Positions 7,849-16,141 of a DNA stretch of 64,000 nucleotides are shown here, one piece after another. The DNA comes from an uncultured Clostridia bacterium (GTDB lineage Bacteria > Bacillota > Clostridia > Oscillospirales > CAG-272). The stretch is from NCBI GenBank assembly GCA_945929845.1, contig CAMEON010000002.1, forward strand, positions 443-64,442. Reading direction: 5' to 3'. The notes beneath the pieces are model-generated. The model saw only the letters and a program-made list of their open reading frames with translations. It searched no databases and was not told the origin of the DNA. The position numbers were made by a program, and so were the translations under genes. Each line of letters begins with the position of its first letter. Position 1 is the stretch's first letter.

Positions 7849-10263
7849 TTATGAAAGCGTAGCAAGGAATCGCTTGATCTCCGGCAGACCGACATACTTC
7901 TCGGTCTCTCCGTTCTTCTCTATGACCAGCGTTGGTGCCTGACGGACGCCGTAGCTCTTCGCCAGATCCATATGCTCATTGGCATACACCTTTTCATACC
8001 CGAAGCCCATCTTATCCATGGCGGATGCGGCGATCTTGCAGTTGGGGCAGGTGGGCGTGGCGAACAGGTATACCACGGCATCCTTCCCTGTCTGAGTAGC
8101 CGCCTCCGCTACCGACTCCATCTGCTCCCGGGCAGAGCAGGGACAGGTGTCAACAAACTCGGGAAGCGGGCCTTTATGGGTCAGCACGGAACGGGCGGTG
8201 TCGTAGGTCTTTCTGTCCTTGAACTCCTGGGCCTTGCCGTCGTTCCAGTTCTGCACCGTGCGGTAGTACCCGGTGATGCGGCTGTACACCTCTGCCGGCT
8301 CTCCGCAGTGAGGGCAGGTGTGCTGTTCCCCGGGCAGATACCCGTGGGTACGGCATACCGAGTAGGTGGGAGACAGGGTGTAGTAGGGCAGGCGGTAATT
8401 CTCTGCGATCTTGCGCACCAGGTTGGCCGCGGCCTTCCAGTCGGGCAGCTTCTCCCCTAAGAAGGCATGGAACACGGTACCGGAGGTGTACAGGGTCTGA
8501 AGCTCGTCCTGCACATCCAGGGCGGTGAAAATATCATCGGTGTACCCCACAGGCAGGTGGGAGGAGTTGGTGTAGTAGGGCGTATCGCTCGCAGTCTTTG
8601 CGGCAGTGATGATGTCGGGATACTGTTCCTTGTCGTGCCGGGCCAGGCGGTAGGCGGTGGACTCGGCGGGGGTGGCCTCCAGGTTGTACAGGTCGCCGTA
8701 CATCTCCTGGTAGTCGCTGAGACGCTCACGCATGTGGTCCAGCACCTGCTTGGTGAACTCCTGGCACTTGGGGCTGGTCATGTCAGCCCGGATCCACTTG
8801 GCGTTCAGGCCCGCCTCGTTCATGCCCACAAGGCCGATGGTGGAGAAGTGGTTGTTGAAGGTGCCCAGATACCGCTTGGTGTAGGGGTACAGGCCATTCT
8901 CCAGCAGTTCGGTGATGACATTCCGCTTGACCTTCAGGGAACGGGCGGCGATGTCCATCATGTGATCCAGCCGCTTGTAGAAGTCCGCCTCATCGGTGGC
9001 CAGGTAGGCGATCCGAGGCATATTGATGGTGACCACGCCCACGGAACCGGTGCTCTCGCCGCTTCCGAAGAAGCCACCGGACTTCTTGCGCAGTTCCCGC
9101 AGATCCAGGCGCAGGCGGCAGCACATGGAGCGCACATCGCTGGGTTCCATATCGCTGTTGATATAGTTGGAAAAGTAGGGAGTGCCGTACTTGGAGGTCA
9201 TCTCAAACAGGAGCCGGTTATTCTCGGTGTCAGACCAGTCGAAGCTTCTGGTGATGGAGTAGGTGGGGATGGGGTACTGGAAGCCACGGCCGTTGGCATC
9301 TCCGTCGATCATGGTCTCGATGAAGGCCTTGTTGATGATGTCCATTTCCCGCTGGCAATCCTTGTACTTGAAGTCCATCTCCTTACCGCCCACAATGCAG
9401 TTCTGCTCTGCCAGGTCAGCCGGTACCACCCAGTCCAGGGTGATGTTGGAGAAGGGAGCCTGGGTGCCCCACCGGGAAGGAGTATTGACGCCGTAAATGA
9501 AGGACTCGATGCACTTCTTGACCTGGTCGTAGTTCAGATTGTCCGTCCGGACGAAGGGAGCCAGGTAGGTATCGAAGGAGGAGAACGCCTGGGCACCGGC
9601 CCACTCGTTCTGCATGATGCCCAGGAAGTTCACCATCTGGTTGCACAGGGTGGCCAGGTGCTTGGCCGGGGCGGAGGTGATCTTTCCGGTCACACCGCCA
9701 AGCCCCTCCTGGATCAACTGCTTGAGAGACCAGCCGGCGCAGTAGCCGGTGAGCATGGACAGGTCGTGAATGTGGATGGCGGCGCTGCGGTGAGCGTCGG
9801 CGATCTCCTGATCGTACACCTCAGACAGCCAGTAGTTGGCGGTGATGGCACCGGAGTTGGACAGGATCAGGCCGCCCACCGAGTAGGTGACCGTGGAGTT
9901 CTCCTTGACTCGCCAGTCGTTGACCTTCAGGTAATTGTCCACGATCTTCTTGTAGTCCAGAAGGGTGGTGCTGGCATTGCGCACCCGCTCCCTCTGCTTA
10001 CGGTAGAGGATGTAGGCTTTGGCCACATCGTCATACCCGGCTTTGATCAGGACGGACTCCACGCTGTCCTGGATATCCTCCACGGTGATCCTCCCGTCCT
10101 TGATCTTGGGCTGAAACTCCGCCGTGACCTTCAGAGCCAGGAAATCCAGCGTGTCCTGATTATAGTTCAACTCGCAGGCATCAAAAGCCTTTTTGATGGC
10201 ATTTTCAATCTTTTGCAGATTGAAGTCAACCACTTTTCCGTCGCGCTTTACCACAGTGTACAT
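7849..10263 (-). CDS. nrdD: Anaerobic (class III) ribonucleoside-triphosphate reductase with a fused C-terminal thioredoxin-fold domain
   Basis: N-terminal ATP-cone (MYTVVKRDGKVVDFNLQKIENAIKKAF), finger-loop SMCCRLRLD, Zn site CPHCG, glycyl-radical motif SRITGYYR. An extra ~80 aa follow, with VVYLFATPTCPNCKIAASAM...APTLVIEKNGE (CxxC Trx fold). Confidence 0.9.
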   Translation of the reverse strand: MYTVVKRDGKVVDFNLQKIENAIKKAFDACELNYNQDTLDFLALKVTAEFQPKIKDGRITVEDIQDSVESVLIKAGYDDVAKAYILYRKQRERVRNASTTLLDYKKIVDNYLKVNDWRVKENSTVTYSVGGLILSNSGAITANYWLSEVYDQEIADAHRSAAIHIHDLSMLTGYCAGWSLKQLIQEGLGGVTGKITSAPAKHLATLCNQMVNFLGIMQNEWAGAQAFSSFDTYLAPFVRTDNLNYDQVKKCIESFIYGVNTPSRWGTQAPFSNITLDWVVPADLAEQNCIVGGKEMDFKYKDCQREMDIINKAFIETMIDGDANGRGFQYPIPTYSITRSFDWSDTENNRLLFEMTSKYGTPYFSNYINSDMEPSDVRSMCCRLRLDLRELRKKSGGFFGSGESTGSVGVVTINMPRIAYLATDEADFYKRLDHMMDIAARSLKVKRNVITELLENGLYPYTKRYLGTFNNHFSTIGLVGMNEAGLNAKWIRADMTSPKCQEFTKQVLDHMRERLSDYQEMYGDLYNLEATPAESTAYRLARHDKEQYPDIITAAKTASDTPYYTNSSHLPVGYTDDIFTALDVQDELQTLYTSGTVFHAFLGEKLPDWKAAANLVRKIAENYRLPYYTLSPTYSVCRTHGYLPGEQHTCPHCGEPAEVYSRITGYYRTVQNWNDGKAQEFKDRKTYDTARSVLTHKGPLPEFVDTCPCSAREQMESVAEAATQTGKDAVVYLFATPTCPNCKIAASAMDKMGFGYEKVYANEHMDLAKSYGVRQAPTLVIEKNGETEKYVGLPEIKRFLATLS

Positions 10264-10345
10264 AAGTCCTACTCCTTCTTGTTTTGTCTTTTCTATGTTT
10301 CATTCCGTCCGCTTCGTGGGGACGGCGAGCGTATCGTGCTCCCAT

Positions 10346-10374
10346 AGTGTATCATATTCCGATCCGTTTGTCAA
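10346..10374 (-). promoter_or_regulatory. Putative nrdD promoter TTGACA-17-TACACT
   Basis: The minus strand reads TTGACAAACGGATCGGAATATGATACACT. TG lies one nt before the -10. Just downstream of NrdR box 1. Confidence 0.5.
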
Positions 10375-10382
10375 TACCCTGT

Positions 10383-10459
10383 TCACAATATTTTGTGTTA
10401 TTTTTTGCTTTTGACCCAACATATTGTGTCCCATACCCTGCGGTGCCCGGATATTGTGT
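10383..10459 (-). promoter_or_regulatory. Three NrdR-box-like sites phased at 30-31 bp upstream of nrdD
   Basis: TCACAATATTTTGTGT (10383-10398) and ACCCAACATATTGTGT (10414-10429) each match acaCwAtATaTwGtgt at about 14/16. TGCCCGGATATTGTGT (10444-10459) has a good right half only. Confidence 0.65.
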
Positions 10460-10473
10460 GCCCTGCCCGGATC

Positions 10474-11175
10474 TCACACGCCCCGCAGACTGACTGTCAG
10501 TCCGCCCGCTTCAGCCGCAGTCCTCAGGCTCTCCAGTGCCTCCCTTGGCAGGGGCCGGAGGCCGGGGCGCAGAAGATGCCCGCTGTCCTCAAAGTTCTGG
10601 AGGAAGTACCGGGGGGCACCGGATATCCAGGCGGCGATGGCGGATATGTCCTCCGGGGTATGGTAGTCATTCAGCACGGTGGTGCGGAATTCATAGTCCA
10701 CATGACCCTCCAGCAGGTAGGCCACGCTCTGCTTGATGGGCATCAGTTCCAGGTTTGGCACCCCTGCCGTCATGGCGTACTTCGCCGGGCTGTTCTTGAT
10801 GTCCATAGCCACATAGTCCACAAGCCCCTCCTCCACCAATGCCCGCAGGCGATCCGGGAAGGTACCGTTGGTATCCAGCTTCACCGGGTAGCCCAGTGAC
10901 CGGACGGATCGGAGAAAAGCCGGAAGCTCTTTCTGAAGCAGAGGCTCGCCGCCGGTGATGCACACCCCGTCCAGAAGGCCCTGTCGCTTTTTCAGGAAGG
11001 TCAGCACCTCCCCATCCCGGATCAGGCTGTTCTCCTCTACCTGCGCCAGCTCCGTGACAAGGCCGGCGTTGTGGCAGAAGGGACAGCGCAGATTACAACC
11101 ACCGGTGAACAGCGTACAGGCCACCTTGCCGGGGTAGTCCAACAGGGTCATTTTCTGAAATCCGTAAAATATCAT
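10474..11175 (-). CDS. nrdG: Anaerobic ribonucleotide reductase activating protein (radical SAM)
   Basis: GFQKMTLLDYPGKVACTLFTGGCNLRCPFCHN radical-SAM CxxxCxxC cluster motif, ~230 aa, adjacent to nrdD on the same strand. Confidence 0.85.
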   Translation of the reverse strand: MIFYGFQKMTLLDYPGKVACTLFTGGCNLRCPFCHNAGLVTELAQVEENSLIRDGEVLTFLKKRQGLLDGVCITGGEPLLQKELPAFLRSVRSLGYPVKLDTNGTFPDRLRALVEEGLVDYVAMDIKNSPAKYAMTAGVPNLELMPIKQSVAYLLEGHVDYEFRTTVLNDYHTPEDISAIAAWISGAPRYFLQNFEDSGHLLRPGLRPLPREALESLRTAAEAGGLTVSLRGV

Positions 11176-11277
11176 ACGGGTACCGCCTCTCCTGATTTTC
11201 CGTTACGGTTCATCCGATCCGCAAAAGGGTACGCCGGGGCTTCCTGATACGGTAGCCGAACCGCTACGCATACCGGA

Positions 11278-11311
11278 CAGAAAGCTCCGGCGGTTGGTGA
11301 ATCCGCCGGAG
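11278..11311 (-). terminator. Hairpin after the cytidylate-kinase-like gene
   Basis: CTCCGGCGG-9 nt-CCGCCGGAG followed on the minus strand by CTTTCTGT (weak T-tract). Confidence 0.4.
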
Positions 11312-11342
11312 AGTCCCCTGCACCTCATGTCTCCGACGCCCG

Positions 11343-11924
11343 TCAGAGAAGCTCCACATGGGCATACCGAACCGGGTCGGTCTGGTAATCCGTAAAGGCC
11401 GACCAGATCTGATCCACCATTTCCTCCGGCGTGCGGCTGGTAGAATCAAGAACCAGGTTGTAATTATTGTAATCATAGTAATCCATGCCGTACAGCTCAA
11501 GGAAGCGCTTCTGCTCCACCTGGCTCCGCTGGATCAGCATGTCCCTGGCTTCCTCCACCGATGCGTAGGACTCCACCTCGCCTCTCGGGGCGGCCATGAC
11601 CCGCTCGGCGGCTACGGTGGGGTCCACCGTCAGGAAGATCTTGAAGGTATTCTCGGCAAAGTGCCATGCCATACGGGAATCAAAGATGATCCGGTCGTCC
11701 TTGCGCTCCCTTGAAATGCGTGTGGTGGTGGCATCAATGACATCGTCCAGCGTATGATCGATCTTCATGAGCCGATTCAGCTCCAGGGTGGAGATCCCCT
11801 TCTCCCGGGCGACCTCTCTCTGAATGGCTCCGGTAGAAAAGATCTCGTAGCCGTATCGGTCATGGATCAGGTGACAGACGGTGGATTTTCCGCTTCCCAG
11901 CTTGCCTGTGATGGATATGTGCAT
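11343..11924 (-). CDS. Cytidylate-kinase-like P-loop NMP kinase family protein
   Basis: Walker A MHISITGKLGSGKSTV. Overall pattern matches the Cytidylate_kin2-type (archaeal-like CMP kinase) family. Confidence 0.6.
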   Translation of the reverse strand: MHISITGKLGSGKSTVCHLIHDRYGYEIFSTGAIQREVAREKGISTLELNRLMKIDHTLDDVIDATTTRISRERKDDRIIFDSRMAWHFAENTFKIFLTVDPTVAAERVMAAPRGEVESYASVEEARDMLIQRSQVEQKRFLELYGMDYYDYNNYNLVLDSTSRTPEEMVDQIWSAFTDYQTDPVRYAHVELL

Positions 11925-12011
11925 GGCTATTCTCCTTCGTTTACTTTCGGTCGTGTCTTTGGGTTTTCTTTTTGTGCCTTATGTCGGTGTCGCAATGTGT
12001 GCGTGCAAAGG

Positions 12012-12755
12012 TCACGCCAATTCAATGGTGATCTTCCCGATCCGCTTCTTCATCTTGTGCAGGTCAAGCAGCATTTTGAAGGCATCCGAGAAGACATGCA
12101 CCTTGGACTCCCGGTGGTTGATGATCCTGACCGGAATTTCCTTGATGGTCATGCCCAGCTTCTTGGCCCACAGAATGGCCTCGAAGTCAAAGGCAAAGCC
12201 GTTGACCTCGCAACGGGAGAAGATCTTCTGCGCCGCTTCCTTGGTGAAAGCCTTACAGCCGCACTGGGAATCGGACAATTTGAAGCCGCCCACGAAGCAC
12301 AGCACCTTGATATACACCTTGGAGGCCAGGCGGCGGATGAAGGTGTACCCCTCGTAGCCGTCCTTGGACAGGTTTCGGGAGCCGATGATGATGTCCGCCC
12401 CGTGGCCGGAGTCACTGCGGCTGGCCTCCTCTAAGAAGGCGTTGTAAACCTGCTTGATGACATCGGTACCGTACGCCAGATCCGCATCGGTGAACATGAT
12501 AAAGTCCCCCTCTGCGGCCAGCATGGCGGTGCGGACGGCACAGCCCTTCCCCCGGTTGTCCGGGTAACCCACCACACGGACATGGGGCAGGTGCAGTGCC
12601 TCCACGGTCTTGTCACAGCCATCCTTGCTTCCGTCGTTGGAAAACAGAATTTCGTAATCCTCAAAATTCTTTTCCATGTAGTCCGACAGGGTGCGGGCGG
12701 TATCGGCGATGATGCTGTTCTCGTTATACATGGGAATGCAAAGTGAAAATTTCAT
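12012..12755 (-). CDS. Family 2 glycosyltransferase (dolichyl/polyprenyl-phosphate hexosyltransferase-like)
   Basis: MKFSLCIPMYNE...ILFSNDGSKDG...FTDADL (GT2 DxD region). Start taken at the ATG at 12755; the ORF-track start at 12785 would overlap the upstream gene. Confidence 0.75.
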   Translation of the reverse strand: MKFSLCIPMYNENSIIADTARTLSDYMEKNFEDYEILFSNDGSKDGCDKTVEALHLPHVRVVGYPDNRGKGCAVRTAMLAAEGDFIMFTDADLAYGTDVIKQVYNAFLEEASRSDSGHGADIIIGSRNLSKDGYEGYTFIRRLASKVYIKVLCFVGGFKLSDSQCGCKAFTKEAAQKIFSRCEVNGFAFDFEAILWAKKLGMTIKEIPVRIINHRESKVHVFSDAFKMLLDLHKMKKRIGKITIELA

Positions 12756-12781
12756 ATGCTTACGCTCTTTTCCTTTCCGGA

Positions 12782-13678
12782 TCACTCACGATCCTTCCTT
12801 CTGTAGATGAAGAAGTCAAAACAAGCTTCGCTCTCCAGCACATCCAGCCCCTTGAGCCTCTCCTTCCCCTCCTGGCTTGTCCGCCAGTAGTATGGGGTCA
12901 TGGCGAACAGAGCCTGCACATCCGCTTCCCCGCACACCCGCAGGGGGAAGGTCACATGCCGGGTGTCCACAAGCACCAGGGAATGGGTATCATCCGGGAG
13001 ATCCCGGCGGGGCTGGTTGATGTAGGGGTCGTCGTACAGGATCCGCTTCAGCCCCATCAGGTGTCCGGCTCCTGCGCCTGCCACGATCAGGAAGCCTCCC
13101 GGCTTCAGCACCCGGGCAAACTCCGCCGGCGCACAGGGGGCAAACAGGCTTGTGACACAGTCTGCCGATCCATCCTGCACGGGCAGATCGAACACGCTGG
13201 CCACGGCGAACACGGTGCGGCTGCCGGGATCCCTTTGCCGGTTTCTGCGTGCGGTGCGAGTCGCCGCATCGGCGGCGTACTTGGAAAGATCCACCCCCAG
13301 CACGGCGTACCCCTCCCCGGCCAACCGATTGGAGTAGTACCCTTCCCCGCATCCGGCATCCAAGACAGCACCCCCTGCCGGGATCAGCTCCCTGACGATG
13401 CCGCAGAGGGCATCGGCGGCGGGCTGGTAATACCCCCGTTCCAGGAAGGCCGAGCGACTGCGCACGGCCTCCTTGGCATCTCCGCCGCCGGGATGGCGGG
13501 GAGAGAGGGAGACATACCCGCCCCCTCCGCCGTCGAAACAGTGTCTACGGGCACCGGTACAGACAAGGGAGCGTCCGTCCCCGGAGATCTGCATCCCCGC
13601 CCCGCACACAGGGCAGGCCAGCATATGCCGCACAATATGGGGGTCAAGCGTACCGTTCAGATCCGGCATATGTTCCAT
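12782..13678 (-). CDS. rlmA: RlmA-like 23S rRNA (guanine-N1)-methyltransferase (Zn-ribbon plus class I SAM MTase)
   Basis: N-terminal CPVCGAGM...CTGARRHCFD...GYVSL zinc ribbon, SAM motif LDAGCGEGYYS. Confidence 0.6.
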   Translation of the reverse strand: MEHMPDLNGTLDPHIVRHMLACPVCGAGMQISGDGRSLVCTGARRHCFDGGGGGYVSLSPRHPGGGDAKEAVRSRSAFLERGYYQPAADALCGIVRELIPAGGAVLDAGCGEGYYSNRLAGEGYAVLGVDLSKYAADAATRTARRNRQRDPGSRTVFAVASVFDLPVQDGSADCVTSLFAPCAPAEFARVLKPGGFLIVAGAGAGHLMGLKRILYDDPYINQPRRDLPDDTHSLVLVDTRHVTFPLRVCGEADVQALFAMTPYYWRTSQEGKERLKGLDVLESEACFDFFIYRRKDRE

Positions 13679-13713
13679 GTCCTCCGGAATGATGTTGTGG
13701 TTCCATGTGCTGT

Positions 13714-13742
13714 ATTATACACCATCTTTCTCATAAATGCAA
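13714..13742 (-). promoter_or_regulatory. Sigma-A promoter TTGCAT-17-TATAAT for the rlmA-like/GT2 genes
   Basis: The minus strand reads TTGCATTTATGAGAAAGATGGTGTATAAT. Confidence 0.6.
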
Positions 13743-13779
13743 GATGTAATTCCGAAATGTTTTGAAAGTTCGGAGAGCA

Positions 13780-13815
13780 GGGAGATACGCCGGGGAATAC
13801 GCCGGGAGATACGCC
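13780..13815 (+). repeat. 12-bp tandem triplication GGGRRATACGCC inside the degenerate left arm of MITE-like copy A
   Basis: gggagatacgcc / ggggaatacgcc / gggagatacgcc read directly. The unit corresponds to GGGAGAACGCC of the canonical left arm. Confidence 0.85.
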
Positions 13816-14071
13816 GGGAAAACTTTCTGAAGAAAGTTTCCCCGAACCCCTTCAAAGACTTTCAAAACATGTATTGTATACTGTTCGGAGCATTATTCTG
13901 TCATATTATTGTTGTCGCTTTTCCGGGGAGCCAGCGTTACTGTCGCCCAAAACAGCAGAAACGCCTTCGCGGGGGCCCCTCGCCCCGCTCTACGGCGGAA
14001 AAGGAAGCGTACGGCGGGGGGGAGGTGAACTGTAGCAAAGTTTCCCGAACCCCTTCAAAGATTTTCACAAC
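13816..14071 (+). repeat. MITE-like element copy A (left terminus degenerate, right terminus AGGTGAACTGTAgC at 14023-14036) plus a 35-bp partial second left arm
   Basis: Aligns by eye with copies at 23.7, 45.1 and 61.0 kb from the hairpin (13816-13843) through ...gccccgctctacggcggaaaagg... to the terminus. 14037-14071 repeats the hairpin 3' arm and the CCCTTCAAAGAxTTTCA box. Confidence 0.7.
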
Positions 14072-14087
14072 AGATGTTCATTGGTCA

Positions 14088-14116
14088 TTGACAATTTCAC
14101 CTGCCTATGTTATAAT
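14088..14116 (+). promoter_or_regulatory. Consensus sigma-A promoter TTGACA-17-TATAAT for the DUF4965 gene
   Basis: ttgacaatttcacctgcctatgttataat read directly. Confidence 0.7.
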
Positions 14117-14152
14117 GGCCTTGCCATATTTTAGCGAAAGGATACATAACAT

Positions 14153-16051
14153 ATGAAGCTCCGTGCTCCTGCCTACCCCCTGATCAATGTGGATCCTTAC
14201 TTTTCTGTTTGGTCCATGGCTGACTGCCTCCATGACGATACGGTCAAACACTGGACGGGCAGCCCTAACACCCTCATAGGCATTGCCGCTGTGGACGGTG
14301 AGGAAAAGCTGTTCATGGGCGTGTGTGACAGTCGTCCCAAGATGAAGCAGATCTCTGTGGAGGTGAGCGCCCTCTCCACAACCTATGCTTTCACGGATGA
14401 CAAAATTGTACTGACCGTCCGCTTTTCCACCCCGTTGCTTCCCGACGATCTCGCCCTCATGACCCGTCCTGTGGGCTACATGGCTCTCTCCTATACCTCC
14501 GTGGACGGAGAGGAACACGAGGTTTCCGCCACGGTTCTCTGCTCTGAGGAATTTGTCATGGACAAGCGTGGGGACGACACCACGGTGCGGGAGGTGCTTT
14601 CCGTTGCCGGTATGCCCACGGTAAAGATGGGGAAGGCCAATCAGATGCCGCTGAACCGTTCCGGTGATGACCTCCGCATCGAGTGGGGCTACCTGTACCT
14701 GACTGCGCCGGGCGGTGAAGTCTCCCACTTTATCTGTGAGGAGGACAAGATGGGGTACATCATGGGTACCGTTCCCGTAAAAGCGGAGGGTACATCCCTT
14801 ATCCTCCTTGCCTATGACGATTGCCGTGCCAGTATTCAGTACTTCGGCCAGGCACTGGCCTCCGTCTGGAACCGGGACGGAACCACCATGGAGGAAGCTA
14901 TTGAAGCCGCCGCCAAGGAGTATCCCGCCCTGGTTTCCCGCATGGATGCTTTTTCGGACAGGCTGTATATGGATGCTGTCAAGGCAGGCGGTGAGGAGTA
15001 TGCCGAGCTTCTCATCCTCGCCTACCGGCAGGTCATCTCTGCCCACAAGTGCGTGCTGGACAACGAGGGGCAGGTTCTGTTCATTTCCAAGGAGTGTTTC
15101 TCCAACGGATGCGCCGCCACCGTGGATGTGTCCTACCCGTCCATTCCCCTATTCCTGCTCTATAATCCGGAGCTTGTCAAAGGCATGATGCGTCCCATTT
15201 TCAGGCTTGCCGAGCGTGAAGCGTGGCCCTTTGACTTTGCGCCCCATGATTGCGGGCAGTACCCCCTTGTGAACGGGGAGGTCTACGGAGAAGGCTCGGA
15301 TGATTCCCACATGCCCGTGGAGGAATGTGGCAACATGCTGATCATGGTGGCCGCCACCGCCATTGCGGAGAAGGACATTTCCTTCGCCGATGCCCACTGG
15401 AGCATCCTGTCCGGCTGGGTGAAATACCTGCTTGCCTACGGTGAGGATCCGGCGAATCAGCTCTGTACCGATGATTTTGCCGGCCATCTGGCTCACAACT
15501 GCAACCTGTCCATCAAGGCCATCATGGGCGTGGCCAGCTATGGGATCCTGCACCGTCTGAAGGGCAATAGGGAGGAATACAACCACTATATGGCCGAAGC
15601 ACGCCGTATGGCAGAGCTTTGGGAAAAGCGGGCCGCCAACGGGGACGGCTCCTTCCGCCTCGCCTTTGACCGTCCCGGCACCTTCTCCATGAAGTATAAT
15701 GCCGTCTGGGACAAGCTCTTCGGCACATCCGTCTTTTCCGCCGCCGTGCTGGAAAGTGAGGCACAGACCTGTTTTGCCCACTTCAGCCCCTACGGGTTGC
15801 CTCTGGACTGCCGTGCCATGTATACCAAGTCCGACTGGTTGGTCTGGACAGCCACCCTGCTCCGGAATGAGGAAGACTTCAGGCGATTCATCCATCCGCT
15901 TTGGACTGCCTACCATTTCACCCGGCATCGTGTGCCCATGACGGACTGGTATGACACCATCACTGCCGACCACATCTACTTCCAGAACCGGACGGTTCTG
16001 GGCGGACTGTTCATCAAGCTGTTGGAGTGGTCAGGCAAGATGAGAACCTGA
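14153..16051 (+). CDS. Glutaminase-A-like DUF5127/DUF4965 (alpha/alpha)6-barrel protein (likely a glycoside hydrolase)
   Basis: MKLRAPAYPLINVDPYFSVWSMADCL...HWTGSPNTLIGIAAVDG is the typical N-terminus of this family. No signal peptide. Consensus promoter 37 bp upstream. Confidence 0.65.
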   Translation: MKLRAPAYPLINVDPYFSVWSMADCLHDDTVKHWTGSPNTLIGIAAVDGEEKLFMGVCDSRPKMKQISVEVSALSTTYAFTDDKIVLTVRFSTPLLPDDLALMTRPVGYMALSYTSVDGEEHEVSATVLCSEEFVMDKRGDDTTVREVLSVAGMPTVKMGKANQMPLNRSGDDLRIEWGYLYLTAPGGEVSHFICEEDKMGYIMGTVPVKAEGTSLILLAYDDCRASIQYFGQALASVWNRDGTTMEEAIEAAAKEYPALVSRMDAFSDRLYMDAVKAGGEEYAELLILAYRQVISAHKCVLDNEGQVLFISKECFSNGCAATVDVSYPSIPLFLLYNPELVKGMMRPIFRLAEREAWPFDFAPHDCGQYPLVNGEVYGEGSDDSHMPVEECGNMLIMVAATAIAEKDISFADAHWSILSGWVKYLLAYGEDPANQLCTDDFAGHLAHNCNLSIKAIMGVASYGILHRLKGNREEYNHYMAEARRMAELWEKRAANGDGSFRLAFDRPGTFSMKYNAVWDKLFGTSVFSAAVLESEAQTCFAHFSPYGLPLDCRAMYTKSDWLVWTATLLRNEEDFRRFIHPLWTAYHFTRHRVPMTDWYDTITADHIYFQNRTVLGGLFIKLLEWSGKMRT

Positions 16052-16141
16052 ACAGAAAATTCGCCGTGACAGGGCGTTCCGGTTGGAACCGACTCTGACC
16101 TTTGGAAGAGTCGCTGTCAGAAAGGAATGGTCATACAATCT

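Noticed and set aside
8467-10347. 626-aa plus-strand ORF antisense to nrdD
   Set aside because: The opposite strand encodes an unmistakable NrdD. This translation is low-complexity (G/V/H/L/Q-rich) with no motif, which is typical of stop-free antisense frames in GC-rich DNA.
10264-10473. Cobalamin riboswitch or other riboswitch upstream of nrdD
   Set aside because: I could not find a B12-box-like GCCACTG core or the multi-stem architecture. The region is better explained by NrdR boxes plus a promoter.
13737-14156. 139-aa ORF in the rlmA/DUF4965 intergenic region; likewise 23268-23849, 37558-37964 and 44980-45228
   Set aside because: They run through the repeat elements and hairpins, cross promoters, and their 'protein' sequence is conserved only where the DNA repeat is. 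They are not coding.
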